Source: Amoebidium appalachense
Taxonomy: Eukaryota > Protista > Ichthyosporea
Assembly: GCA_963693365.1 (NCBI GenBank)
Contig: CAVNZM010000010.1
Location: 2,294,001 to 2,358,000 of the forward strand
DNA length: 64,000 nucleotides
Reading direction: 5' to 3'
In this document: one piece after another, positions 1 through 52,900 of the stretch
How positions within the stretch are numbered: position 1 is the stretch's first letter
Layout: every line of letters begins with the position of its first letter
Notes under the pieces: generated by a model
What the model was told of the DNA's origin: nothing
The model's input: the letters and a program-made list of their open reading frames with translations, nothing else
The model's database searches: none
Made by a program: the position numbers and the translations under genes

Positions 1-390
1 TGCAGGTATACTGTGTTAGGACTCAGAAACGTACTTAGGAAGTACAGCAGGAAAATGTGTGCACACTTACAGGAGCGCAGAGCATGTATAAATGATGTAC
101 AAGACATGCGCAAAACGTGTACAAAACATGTACAAAACATCCACAAATATGTACAAAACGAGACAGGTAAACATGTCTATGGGCAATGATATACACATGG
201 TTGTGTGCTGAAAAGAGAAAGAGTTTTGCCCAGACAGCACGCAGCCGTATGCGCCCGACTCCGCACCCACCCACACACACCACAACACTGCAGTGTTCCC
301 ACACATAATATGCCCACACACACGCACACATGAGCGCCACTGCACACACACCCACACCCACACCCACCCACCCACCCACCCACACCCACG

Positions 391-487
<97 letters not shown>

Positions 488-1328
488 ACCCACCCACCCA
501 CCCACCCACACCCACACCCACCCACCCACACCCACACACACACACACACACATGCACGCGGGTGCGCCCACGCTGCCGCAACGAACACACATAGAGAGAG
601 AGAAACACACACTCCGTATTCTTATTCACAAGCAAAAATAGCAAGGCAGCCTATAGCTCTCTTCATGTCCTAGGCTGGGGTGGGGTCGGTGGTTGGTGAT
701 GGTGATGGCGGTGTGTGCGTGTATGTGTGCCGTGAATGTGTTGGAGACGGGGGGAGGTGGGGAGGGGGTTGAGGGGGGAGGGGGGGTGAAGGGACGGGGA
801 GGGGGGGGGGGGGGGGGGGGGGGGGATACCATTAGTTGTGGGGCTGACATTCTCCTGCCCTTTATCAATTGGCTTCTGCATCAAACGATAGACACATGTT
901 TGGTAAGTTTCGAGAGGAAGGAAAAAAACAAAAAAACAAAAACAAAAAAAAAACAGCAAAAGCAGCAACGGATGAAAACAAAACTGGACTTGCTGCCGGT
1001 TGTTGGTCTGTTTGCTCGCTCATGAGAGTGTACCGTTAATAACAGGAATGCAGCCCCCCCCTTCCCCCCCTTCCCCTCCTCCTCCCCCCCCCCCCCCCCC
1101 CCCCCCCACCTCCCCCCCCCACAGTCCCCTCTTCCTTTCAAGAAAATACCAAAAATTATAATATGAAATACGAAAACATCAGCAGCATTATTACTGCACA
1201 CCACTCAGCCTGGAAGATAATTCTGGTTATTCTCCATTAACTGGAAACACACTGTGGAAAAACAAATGTTGCAGCTTTACTTGACACCCATATAGGAATT
1301 GCAAAAGTAAATGGGTTGAAACACCCAC

Positions 1329-14137
<12,809 letters not shown>

Positions 14138-14139
14138 CT

Positions 14140-15290
14140 TTTTGTTTGCTTTCTAAGGTGGTTCACCGAGTCTGCTCATGTCTTTTGCCTCCTCACTGAG
14201 TCCTCACTCCTCAGGCGGGTCCCCTGAGACTTGTGACAGCTAATCTCCCGCCATCAGCAAAATTTGGTCACTTTTAGCCAATCGCATTGCTGCGTGATCT
14301 GTAGCCAACCGCTTGATTCTGACAACACTGGACCGGTTCCTGGAGGCTGGACCGACGGAACATCGGAATATCAACCTATGACCTACACCAATGCATTCTA
14401 TTCATGTATAGTATGTATCATATTTACCTTTTTTGAGTGTGCTATACATACATTGCAAGCGCGCTTACGCGTAGGCTGCTTTACTTGAGTACAGTTGGAA
14501 GATGCCATTCGGAACTTCCACTAGGGAATTTTCCCCATAAGCACTGTTGTGGGGATTGATTGAGTAGTTCTGAGAATTCGAGACACCGACCTCCACAGTG
14601 TTTTGAACTTGAACTTCTTGAAGTTTATAAACTCGGGCATGCTATAACCAGATCAGCTCCTGTCACACACATAAATAGCAGCCCTTTTTTATTCTATATA
14701 GGCCCCATAGCGGCTTTGACGCGAGGTTTACATCTCCGTTTACAATTATTGCAAATTTGAATTTACAAACCGTTGAAACAAATGAAATACTAGCCCCCGA
14801 AAATTATTGACCCCGTGTTAATCGAGGTCTCTAGAGATTTTTGAGGGTGCGATGCGAGCCAATCGGTTTTAACTTTCACCAAGTGACGTCACGACATCCG
14901 GCTTCACACCGGGGAAAAAAACCTTCCTCTTCCTTCCCTTCTTTGAACAAGGAAACAGGCCCGAAAACTGAGAATTTACGCATGTCAACAGACGATTAAT
15001 AGTGCGAAAGCGTTATGTTCTCACAAATAGTTTGAACTCGTATTTGCACTGAAGCGTGGAGTGCATGTGCAGGCACCGTCTTGTGGGGTGGCACCAGTTT
15101 GAAGTACCAAACAAGACAAGCTCAGAAAAGAATCAAAGGGAGCAATTTAAGAGTGACTGATGTTTGTGTTATCACCCACACGACCGTAACAGTCGAAAAA
15201 GTCGTGCACCATTTAGGCGTGACTAGTTACTGATTCGCTTTTATTTTGAGGGTTTTGTAGAGATTCTTAGTACCTGCCTGTTTATATAAG
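14140..15290. promoter_or_regulatory. Probable bidirectional promoter region between genes 1 and 2
   Basis: Divergent genes flank a microsatellite-free stretch containing AGCCAATCG (CCAAT-like, ~14277 and ~14857) and palindromic GTGACGTCAC (~14883). Confidence 0.4.
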
Positions 15291-20937
<5,647 letters not shown>

Positions 20938-21263
20938 ACTGAAATTTCCGGGTTTTGTAGGTTTATTTCGGTATGTTTCCTGTGGGTGCAGGCAGGCGGG
21001 GGGATTTAATGGGAAAAGATTTTATGGGTGTTTTGGGTTTATAGGCTGTACTTGTAACCTTTGTGTGTAACTGTATCCATTTGAAAACGGAGCTGGAATT
21101 CTATGATCGATGTACGGATGTCTGTTTCAGCTGGTGGGGGGGGGGGGGGGGGGGAGGGGGTTGTTGTGAATGAAACATCACACGGTGATGAAGGACTTGG
21201 GATAAATGGACGAATGTACGCTCCTTAAGGCTTTAAATTAAGTTCGGTTTTTAACGAGGATGA

Positions 21264-21724
21264 AACCATGGAATTGCGGCGATGGGTCTCCGGGCCAAAT
21301 TCAGATGAAAAACAGGGTTACATCGAGAGCAAAAAGGTACACCAATTATGCGCTAGAGCTATAATTTTTGCATGATAATTGTGTAAATAGTGTTTTCTTC
21401 AAACGTTCAGTACAGAAAAATTATGACTCAATTGGTTCAGCGTCAGCACCCGAATAACCAACTGCACCAAATCTGGTACGTTTTGGTGCTATTTTTAGTA
21501 TCAAAACGTACCAGATTTGGTGCAGTTGGTTTTTCGGTCGCTGACGCTGAACCAATTGAGTTATAATTTTTAGGCTGTACTGAACGTTTGAAGAAAACAC
21601 TATTTACATAATTATCATGCAAAAATTATAGCTCTAGCGCATAATTGGTGTACCTTTTTGCTCTCAGTAACCCTGTTTTTCATATGAATTTGGCCCGGAG
21701 ACCGATCGTCGCAATTCCATGGTT
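21264..21724. mobile_element. 461-bp foldback palindrome (MITE/foldback-like element or hairpin locus)
   Basis: The left arm AACCATGGAATTGCG...GGTACGTTTTGGTGCTA is the near-perfect reverse complement of the right arm TAGTATCAAAACGTACC...CGCAATTCCATGGTT. The loop is only ~4 nt, near 21492-21495. Confidence 0.85.
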
Positions 21725-21950
21725 CCAGCTACCTCAAAAAGGCAAGCTTTGTTTTAAAAGCAAGGCAACCGTTATGGTACTGCCGTGGTTAAGAAAACAA
21801 CAACTGTATGTGCATATATTGAGAGACTGAACGACATTGAACGAATGACGCACGTACATGTACTTACGATGTACGCTTCGCTTGTGCAGTACGTGTTTGT
21901 CAGCAACCCAAAAAGAATGCCCCTTCCGTGATCGGAGCAGCTGCTGCAGC

Positions 21951-22029
<79 letters not shown>

Positions 22030-22109
22030 CACGCACACACACAAGTACACACATGCATGCACGAACACGCATCACACAAACTCACCCCTCCCGATACATT
22101 ATAAAATAT

Positions 22110-22142
<33 letters not shown>

Positions 22143-22921
22143 CACCCCCACCCCACCCCCTCACCCCCCTTCCCGCCCTTTCCCAGCACAGCACCCGCCA
22201 TGCCCCCACAATGAAGCATATTAGACACTTGCTGCCATTGCTAGGTCAGCAGGGCCAGGCTAGCTATGCCCTGCACCCTTCTTGTGCGACACTTAAGCTA
22301 CATAGCTGCTAGCTTGGGGTTTACACACTTTTATTTGCTTGATAGAGGGCTCAACGTCACCAAGTCTGACCTGCTGCGTTTTCCAGCTCAGTCCTACTGG
22401 CTAAGCGGGCTACAAAGAAAAGGGTACGACCCCAAGGTAATTGCACAGTAATGCGTGACAACTCATAGATATAACGTACATACTCAAGTTGTTGTGTACT
22501 ACATAGTGAGGCTCATGACTAATCAGCGAGTCAGGGCTCACGGTTCGAACTCCAGCTAAAGAAAACAAGGTAAAGAGGCGACAGAAAATGTGTATGTGAC
22601 GGGACATAAGTGGTGTGTGCAGGTCCTAGCAATAAATAGCGTTTTTATAACCCCCCAACTTTCATGCCTGATTTGGCTTGTCCGTGTGTGTGTGCCTGAT
22701 TTGGCTTGTGCGTGACACTGTGCCTGTGCGTGTGCGTCGCGTGTGTGTGCCTGCGTGGGTGATAATTTTGAAAAGGTCAATGGCTCTTGTTTCTCTCTGT
22801 GTGTACGTAGTTCCAGTAGGTTTGTGTGTGTAGGGTCTGTGTATGCGTAGCGTGTATGGCTTGCAACCACATCCGGACGGTGCCCATATAGGGTATGTGG
22901 GGGGGGGGGGGGGGGGGGGGG

Positions 22922-23160
22922 TGTTGCAGGCCAAAGTGTCGTCCAGGCCAAAGTGTTGTCATCTCTAATTAAAATCCAGGTCGTCAAATTTGACTGATCT
23001 AGGGTGAATATCGGGCAGGCCAAAATGCACCCCCCCCCCCCTCCCCTGTTGCAGGCCAAAGTGTCGTCCAGGCGAAAGCGTTGTCATCTCTAATGAAAAT
23101 CCAGGTCGTCAAATTTGACTGGTCTAGGGTGAATATCGGGCAGGCCAAAATGCAACCCCC
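22922..23160. repeat. Tandem duplication, ~125-bp unit x2
   Basis: TGTTGCAGGCCAAAGTGTCGTCCAGGC..ATCCAGGTCGTCAAATTTGACTG..CTAGGGTGAATATCGGGCAGGCCAAAATGCA occurs at 22922 and 23047. Confidence 0.9.
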
Positions 23161-23990
23161 CCCCCCCTCCCCCCCTACTACCCTGGGTGACAGGGGGGTC
23201 AGAGGGTTTGTATGACGTGGTGGGAGAAACAGTGTGTGTGCGCGGGGGGGGGGGGGGAGGGGGGGGGGGGGGTATAAACAATCATTGTCGTGACCTTAGC
23301 TTATGACATGTGTTGGGAAAAAAATCATGTCTACTGTTACCAGTTTTTTATCATCTTGGTGCAAATGATGTAATCGGGGGGAACCAGGGGGGCCGGTGGG
23401 GGGGGGGGGGGGGGGGGGGGGGGGTTGGGTTTGTGGTATAATCATTGTAGTGTCCTGATCAGCTTGTTGCTTTGTGTGTTGGTCAAAAAGAAATCATGGC
23501 CACTGATAGCAGGATTTTACCAACTCGTTGCAAATGGTGTAGTATCATGTGTTTTGTATGTATTTATCGCCATTGCATTTACCTTACAGAAGCCATAATA
23601 CACCATAATGATATAGTCGTAATCATCTTGTATTCTTGATGATCATTCTTACATCACAATGTTAAATTGGGTTTACATAGACTAAGTACCGCTCACATGG
23701 AATAAAACCCCCCCCGGCGGCGGACAGCATATATATTTTGTATGTTTTAGTTGTCACTACGATAAAGAACCATACACAGCATCCAATTCATGTTATATTC
23801 GTAAAATCTTCTATGCATAATTACAATCTTGATCTTATACTTATACACCTACATGAAATAAATCCAGACGGCATGCAACCAGCACATTCATGGTGTAATT
23901 AAATACGAGCAGGCATTAGGTCCTTCATTCCAGTTCAAACGATAATGGCATGTTGGCAGCAACAAAAAAAGAAAGCCCCCCCCCCCCCCC

Positions 23991-24024
<34 letters not shown>

Positions 24025-24089
24025 AAAAAAACAACAACAACAGTGGATAAGTATCGACCCACTCCGACATCCACAAGGTCGTCTACACT

Positions 24090-26470
24090 ACACATCCTTA
24101 TTGCGTGCCCAATTCAACTTAACATATAATGGGCACCAGCCTTCGCACTCGCCACCTTCCCGAGACATTTGGACAGAGACATTGGTAGGTCCCGTGTTGC
24201 TCTCCCATATGTAGCTCAATGTCTGGTTTTTCAGTGGTCATTCCGAAACCGTCGCAGTGGAGATGATATGGCCTCCCATTTTTCCACGTGAATGCGGGTG
24301 CCACACCGAAAAAGTGACCTGGTTTGTGAAGACCACATGATGTAGGCAAGATGGTATTGGCGCCCCATAAAGTTCACGCAATTCATGACATGAACAGGCG
24401 GCACGGATTGCACTGACATGTGCACGAAGAGAATTCTAGGAAGTATTAAAACGTTGCCCCGCACCGTACCCTTGGAATTGCACGTTGTGCAAACCGAGGT
24501 TATGCTTTGAAATTCCCTGCCATATTCAGTGCAGTCGCCATCGAAGAAATGGGTACCCGCTATGTTTTCTATGGGATTGACAATGTAAATCTCCTTGTGG
24601 TCCATCCTTTCACGGCTACGTCGGGTGCGAAGCTCGGCATCGATGGAACACAAAACACGCGTAGACACGCCAGTGCATTTAACGCATGTAGCGGTTATGA
24701 TTGTCACGTGAGGGGGTACCACGTTGTCTCGGAATAGCGGACGACTAGACCCATCCAGCGGGACACCCGTGAGGTAATCCGAACCGCTAATGTCACATTG
24801 AAGCGCGTCAAACAACTTGTCCGTTGAACTTACGTCCCCAATCCTGAATCGTGTTACCTTCCACACCCGTGCCAGACGATGAGCAATGGCCCGGATATTT
24901 GCTGTATGCTTCTCGCGGTGCTTTAAGGCAGCAATCATCCGGTCCCAAAAGTCTAGTCCGGTTGGCTTAAGGTGGATGTACGGGTGGCACATTGGATTTT
25001 ATCAGCCCACAATACGGTGATGATGAAACAGAAATTGTGCACAATCATTTCCCATAAAAATCTTGGACGGAAACCAAAGGTGTCGTTGCGGTTGCAATTG
25101 AATGAGAAAGCATCCATCGGCACGGGGGTGACGTCATAAACTAGGTCTGCGCTGTTGCAGTAGTGTGTAAACACAGACTCACTGACATTCCCGGGCCATT
25201 TGAGAGACGGGGATGGGCACAGTGGGGCAAGGGTTGCAATCATGGGTTGATGGGACCGGCGACACTGGTGGGTCCACTTCGGGTGTATACGACGTTAAGT
25301 CAGTTACCTCGGGCTCCAGTGTCACCTTGGCACGCTTACGGGGCGGTTGTGCCATTGGCGAAGGTGGTACTTGTGACTGGGCGCCGTCACCTGCAGCACT
25401 AGTAAAACCCGACGACGAAATTGGCGAAGCAGGATCCGACGACCCTGTGTTGTTGTTCTGGCTCAGAGCGCACTGGTGTACCTTCCGGATGCGACAGTGT
25501 CGGTTTTGATGGACGCACGGGCTTACGTTGATTGGATGTCACGGTGGTAAACACGGTGGCAACTGGAACACTGCCATTTGCAAAGTCCGTGTCGTCCAAC
25601 CCGCCATTGGCATCCAGTGTACGAAGGACCGTTTCCATTTTTGCATCCGGAGTCCGTGTAGCTACTGAAATTTTTGAGACCACGCAATGCTAGTGGAATG
25701 TCGTTGCCATCCACATCTTGTTCATCGATTAAGTGGGTGCCCCTGTGTTGAGGGGCATAACTTCACCAGGATCCTCCCAAGTACATTGGGAAAAAGGAAA
25801 TCCACGCCATTTAACTAAACCTGGTCGTACAAGTCCCCTTTGTCATCTACAATGGTTCTGCGACCGAACACGCAATCAACAACATATGTCGGGTCGCCGA
25901 TTGTATGGACGAGGTACCGCTCCATGTCGTCGGGTCTGAAGCTGGATGGAACCGGCTTGATGTCTCTGCATAATAAAATCCCATCAGTGAACTATGCTGT
26001 TGACAGTATGTACCATTATACTATACGGCAAAGCAAAAAAGATGATCCTGCCATAATAGCAGACGCACAATCAAGGCCAGGCCTGAAACTTTACCTGAGT
26101 GGAAGACCGTCGTGGATCCAGCAACGATGGTGGAACCCGGATGTTTGGCCTTTGAGGCCAGGATCTCCACCGTGTATGTGAATGGAGATCTCTGTGCCTT
26201 CACCTCACCATATGCCCCCCACACCGGTCTGAGGGTACTACGCGCCTTGGTGCAATCCCTCACACCGTTGTTGACGATAACGTTATCACCGACGGACAAT
26301 TCTGGTAGCTTGACCGTGGTATCCTTGTGGAATCTGGCACCGCTACGAATGATATTCCGTCTGATCTCCGCCAGTAGACGTTTATACTGATCCCTGCCCA
26401 TGGCGCGGACAGAATCTGATTCACGACCCATCATAACCTCGAATGGGGTCGCCTTCAGAACCGAATGATA
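24090..26470 (-). pseudogene. Degenerate transposon polyprotein: retroviral-type integrase C-terminus, chromodomain, NLS and USP/C19-like cysteine protease (Ginger/Polinton-like)
   Basis: YHSVLKATPFEVMMGR and LSVGDNVIV..PVWGAYGEV..TYTV..VFHxRDIKP match the integrase tail and SH3/GPY-F-like region. YVVDCVFGRR../LVKWRGFPFSQCTWEDP matches a chromodomain, and PPRKRAKV is NLS-like. NFCFIITVL (Cys-box-like), CVKC and CTTC..LPRILFVHM, and YHLAYI../HKPGHFFG..CDG (His-box-like) match USP motifs. Several frameshifts; one GT-AG intron at 26094-25966. Confidence 0.7.
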
Positions 26471-26638
26471 CTTTGTGTTGGTGTTGGTGGTGGTTGGGGG
26501 GGGGAAGGGGGGAGGGGGGAGGGGGGTGCATAGGGGTTCTAGCAGGGAGATTAGGCGTAAATGGAAACGAGGGCGCAGAAAGACAGGAGGGAGAATCAGG
26601 TGGGAGAGTCGCACGCACGCACACACGCACGCACGCAA

Positions 26639-26692
<54 letters not shown>

Positions 26693-26987
26693 TATTTTCA
26701 TGTTTTCTTGGTTATTCTTTGTCTTTCAAGCCACTAGTACTATCATAGTAGTTCTGAGCACGATTCAGGCTGCCCTCTTCTGGGATATATTTGTTATGCT
26801 CATTCAAAAACTAATGATACAAAGATAAAAAACACTAATATTGCCATGATGGCATATGCGACTACATTCATTCATGCATTTGTATTCGGCGCAGACCCTC
26901 AGAGGGTTCACGCGAGAATTAAGTAACATATCAATCTCGCATACCCCCTCTCCCCCCTCCACCTTCCCCCCCCCCCCCCCCCCCCTC

Positions 26988-27064
<77 letters not shown>

Positions 27065-27187
27065 CCACCACCCTCCTATCTAGCCACTCACCCACCCACC
27101 CTTACGCCCACCCTACACACAAATATGCACAAGGCCAAGATTAGAGAAAGGGAGGTGAGACTGACAAATAAAAAGAGAGTGGCTGTG

Positions 27188-27273
<86 letters not shown>

Positions 27274-27330
27274 AGCGCGTGTGTATGTGCGTGCCTATGT
27301 GCGTGCGTGCGTACCTGCGTGCACGTGCAT

Positions 27331-27413
<83 letters not shown>

Positions 27414-27506
27414 CGCGCGCTGCGCGCACACATGCATTTACAAAAAAAGAAGAAAATCAAACATTTCGGGTCTATTTGCATTCCTCCTATCCTATTCAAT
27501 CTCCGA

Positions 27507-39602
<12,096 letters not shown>

Positions 39603-40649
39603 GCCGCCTCCTTGACGTGCAATGGAATAACATTGCTAATGTGTTGTGTGACTCATGCCTTGCAAACATGAAAGATGAACGTGTTCACCTTGGATGTGAA
39701 AATTTTTGATATTTCTTGTAGCTGCTTTGTCAAAGATTGAAAAAAATTTCGAGAGAGAGAGCTCTAGAGGTTGGAAGGGGAGAGGAGAGGGGGGAGGGGG
39801 AGGGGGAGCCCGGGGGGAACGGGGGGGGAGGAAGCCGGGAACGCGCGGAGCGACAGGGTTTGGGATACCGGGTAAATTTACTGAAAAATATGACCTATTG
39901 CTATCTACGCAAGTTTCTAGCCTTCTTTCAACATTACCCCTTGCGTGAAATCCTGTACTACAAAACATAGTCTTCGGAGAATTTCAACTCGATCTTTGAT
40001 GCTGGAGCCTTCGCAATTACGGCCTGATGAACTCGACAGTAGTCTAAACGTCATACTCTATCAAACCTTTTTTGTGTTCATTGGGGCAGTATGGGGTCGT
40101 TCCAAAGGCGTCATCAAAAAAGACTAATGCATAGGACTTTGTGGGACGTTTGCGCAAATCCGCTTTGGCGCGCAAATGCCAGCCACGATCCGCTCCTTCA
40201 GTTTTTCCCCCTTCTTTTCGTTGTGCCGTATACCTACCCTTTACCTAGGGGGAAAAGGAATACAGTAGGGGAAATTAGAGAGCAAATGCAGTAGTGGTTG
40301 AGGGATAGAAATTGACGGACTACTTTTTCGTCTTCCCCCCCTTTCTTTTTTTTTTCAGGCTGCTGCTTCGATCAGCGAGGATCTTTCAGGAGTGTGGGGA
40401 ACGACGGGAACGTAGGTGTGCAAGGCGAACACGAAGGATCATCGTATAGCTGTTGGAGAAATTTACACTAGTGAATGGAGTTTCTCCAAGTTGCTTCCTT
40501 GGATAATTAGCACATGAAAGCCAATGCATCACTTGCTTTGCTCCACTGGGTCGAGCACCGGCATCTTGGTACAGAACATAGCTCACTTGCTCTGTTTTGG
40601 CTCCCCTTGAGGTTCTTTACATCATCTTCCCATTTCTTCATTACGAAAC
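39603..40649. promoter_or_regulatory. Probable bidirectional promoter/5'UTR region between WDR20-like gene and importin-alpha
   Basis: Head-to-head start codons ~1.05 kb apart in a microsatellite-poor stretch. Inferred from position only. Confidence 0.5.
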
Positions 40650-49726
<9,077 letters not shown>

Positions 49727-49982
49727 GACAGAGAAACACGCACACACACACATTCGTGCACTGATGTGCACATGCGTGCACACATGCACACACATGCACA
49801 CACGCGTGTAGGCGCTCACGCACACGCAGACACGGGTATGCATTCAATGCGCACTTGCATGCACGTATGCATGTGACACGTGTGCACGGGCACGCACACA
49901 CATGCGGGCACGCGCGCGCACACACACGTTTCAATGTGTGTGTATGCCAGAACGCACACACATACGTGAGCGCGTGTGCAGG

Positions 49983-50051
<69 letters not shown>

Positions 50052-51074
50052 ACTGACACTGTGCATGCACGAATTTTATGGTGTTCGTTGGGTTATTGTA
50101 ATCTTCACCGGCACCCTTTTTTTTTTTCCCTCCTTTTTTTTTTTTTTTTTTTTTTCTAACCCCTTTATGGACTGCATTGGTATGAATCCGTCTGTTCGGT
50201 AGGGTCTATGAGTAGGCTGAATTCGAATGCATATGCAACTGGTGTAACGAAAAACATGATATTCCTATTTTTTATTTTTTTTCGTTGTTTTTCAATGATT
50301 TTGGTTAAAGCACTCTTTGTTTATTTCTAAAAAAGATTGAAAATAATCAATTTGGAGGCAGGGAACTTCACACGAATAGACCACGAATGCAATTAATTCT
50401 TCCCGACGGCCTCGGTTTGCTGGTACATAGCTGTGTACACATTTGCCATGGAATACAAATTGATAAAGGTTAGCATGTGTGAAATTGGGTTGTGTTATGT
50501 CACATTGTGTGTGTAGTACTGTTATTGCATGCTGTTTTAGGGACAGTGTGTGTGTGGGTGGGTGTTTTAAGGCGGTGTGTATGTATGTGTGTAACAACAC
50601 TGGTAATATAATCTGTTTTTTTGTGGGTGTCTTTAATACGGCATTTCAAATATGTCCCTATGTGAAGTGTTTTGACATTTGTACATACTGATGGTTTTGC
50701 GTGTACGGTGGACGAAAAAGCAGCCTATCTGGGATTTTGACTGCTTGTGTTTTCGACTACATACGTGTGGAAGAAACTTTTGAATAAATTCAGAAGGCCA
50801 TTCATTTTGCAAGGGACTGACCTTCTCCCCCCCCCCCCCCCCCCCCCCCTCCCCCCCCCTCCCCCTCCCCCTCCTCGGCGCGCGCGCGCACACACACAAA
50901 CGTTCACACATTCAAAGAAGGATAGTGAAACAGAAGAAGAAAGCTTTAACCCTCCTTTTGCTACCTATCCGCACTACATAGTACACACCCCATTGTAATC
51001 TTACGGGTACCTCATTTCGTCGCCCACCCGATCATGTATGTGTGCAAGTTAAACCCCAGCAGAAAGGGTCACAG

Positions 51075-51132
<58 letters not shown>

Positions 51133-51737
51133 TCCGAGGGCCGCCTCCCACCCACCCACCCACCCATCCCCTCCCCCCTGCAACACATACACACACACAC
51201 ATAAAAAAAAAAAAAATTAGGAGTTAGGATCAGTCCTATGTACAACAATTGCCCCCAAGGGTTGTACGGGTGGAAGGATTTTCTACGTGGGCCGGGTGGG
51301 TCGTTTTTTTTTTGTTTTTTTTTTTTGTGGTGGTGATGGTGTTGGGGGGAGACTTTAATCTTTAATTCTGGTGTGAAACTGTAGGTTCAAATGTATGTTC
51401 AGGCTTAGGCTGTTGCTTTGGTTTCGTCATAGGCCTGGTACCGTTGCCCGAGACCTCGGAGAAATGAAAGTGCACAGGCCACTTCCCCACCCCCGGATCC
51501 CCTCTTACCCCCCCTCCTCCCCCCTTAACCCCCCTTCCCCGCTTCCCCCCTCCCTCCCCCCCCCCCCCCCCCCCCCCCGCTCCACTCACTCCCCTCTATC
51601 TCTCTCTCTGCCTGTCTGCTGTCTCTCTCCCCCCCCCCCCCCCCCCCCCCACCACCACCACCACCACCACCAGCACCACCACCACCTCCTCCTCCTCCTC
51701 CCGCCTCCCCACACATGCACACACACATACCACACAT

Positions 51738-51768
<31 letters not shown>

Positions 51769-52030
51769 CAACGAACTTTGAACTTTGAAACACGCTTACA
51801 ACCTATAACTTTGTCGACCTGCCTTGATTTTTCGGTAGCTACTACTGGTAAAGGGGTTTACGCTGTTTACTCGAGGCAAAGAGAGACCAGTGTCAGGTAT
51901 GGGGGGGTTTTGCTCGGAATATCCCCTCAGCGGTATATCATGATCAAGTACATAGATGTCGGGTGCTGATATATATCACGGTTTTCTTACTCTACGACGC
52001 ACCATAAAGACTAAGAATGTTGGGTTCCCA

Positions 52031-52062
<32 letters not shown>

Positions 52063-52814
52063 TTGTTGAGACAATCATTGGCAATTTATACTAGGGCTGC
52101 AGCTGAGGAGGGGGCGCATGAATATTCGTCATTGACAAATCTGCTAAGAAGAGTTTCTTGCTATATGTACCAGCAAACTTTGATTTGCAAGTCTATACCA
52201 TGCCACTAGACTAAGTATGACGAAGTTTTTTTTTTCTTTTGACTTTATTTATTCAACTAATGAATTCCTCCCGTATATGGTGATCACCTCATTCCTTGAA
52301 ATCCAACTCAGCAAAAATTTGGCGATGTTCTATCAAAACAAGTCCCACAATTACATAACAAACCACTGCACCGTACCCTCTGATTGTAGAGGCTCGTTAT
52401 TCTGTTGGGTGACCACTCAGACGCACCTATGTGACTGAGCTGTTATTATAACATACCAGCCTTTGTCATAATGATGCAGGCCAGGCTGGAAGAATCCTTT
52501 CCATGTGTGTGGTCGCTCCATAGTTGTTGCTGAAAGTTGACAAAAAAACACTACTTCCCACTTAGTGAGTAATGCCTTATCTATCTTTCCTCCAGCTGCC
52601 CCTCCAGCTCCCCCCTCCCCCCCCCCCCCCCCCCCCCCCTCTCCCCCCCCCCCCCCACACACACCGTGATAATGCATTTCCCCCATGATCCCAACAAGTC
52701 GTAGCTACGCGCATTCTTGAAAGGTTTGAGAAGTTTCAACTTGAACCCATTTAGAAGCTCGGGACTACTATTCGATTCAAGTAAAATATCTGTGTAAGAG
52801 TGACGTCGACCTCT

Positions 52815-52900
<86 letters not shown>

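Noticed and set aside
22345-22436. Isolated exon-like segment GLNVTKSDLLRFPAQSYWLSGLQRKGYDPK
   Set aside because: No partner exons, start or recognisable family were found.
22505-22558. tRNA B-box-like GGTTCGAACTCC
   Set aside because: No cloverleaf, acceptor stem or convincing A-box could be built.
26711-26810. Open frame FLNEHNKYIPEEGS..KDKE* on minus strand as integrase core or WDR20 last exon
   Set aside because: No integrase motifs are present, WDR20 already has a stop at 27507, and no donor links it.
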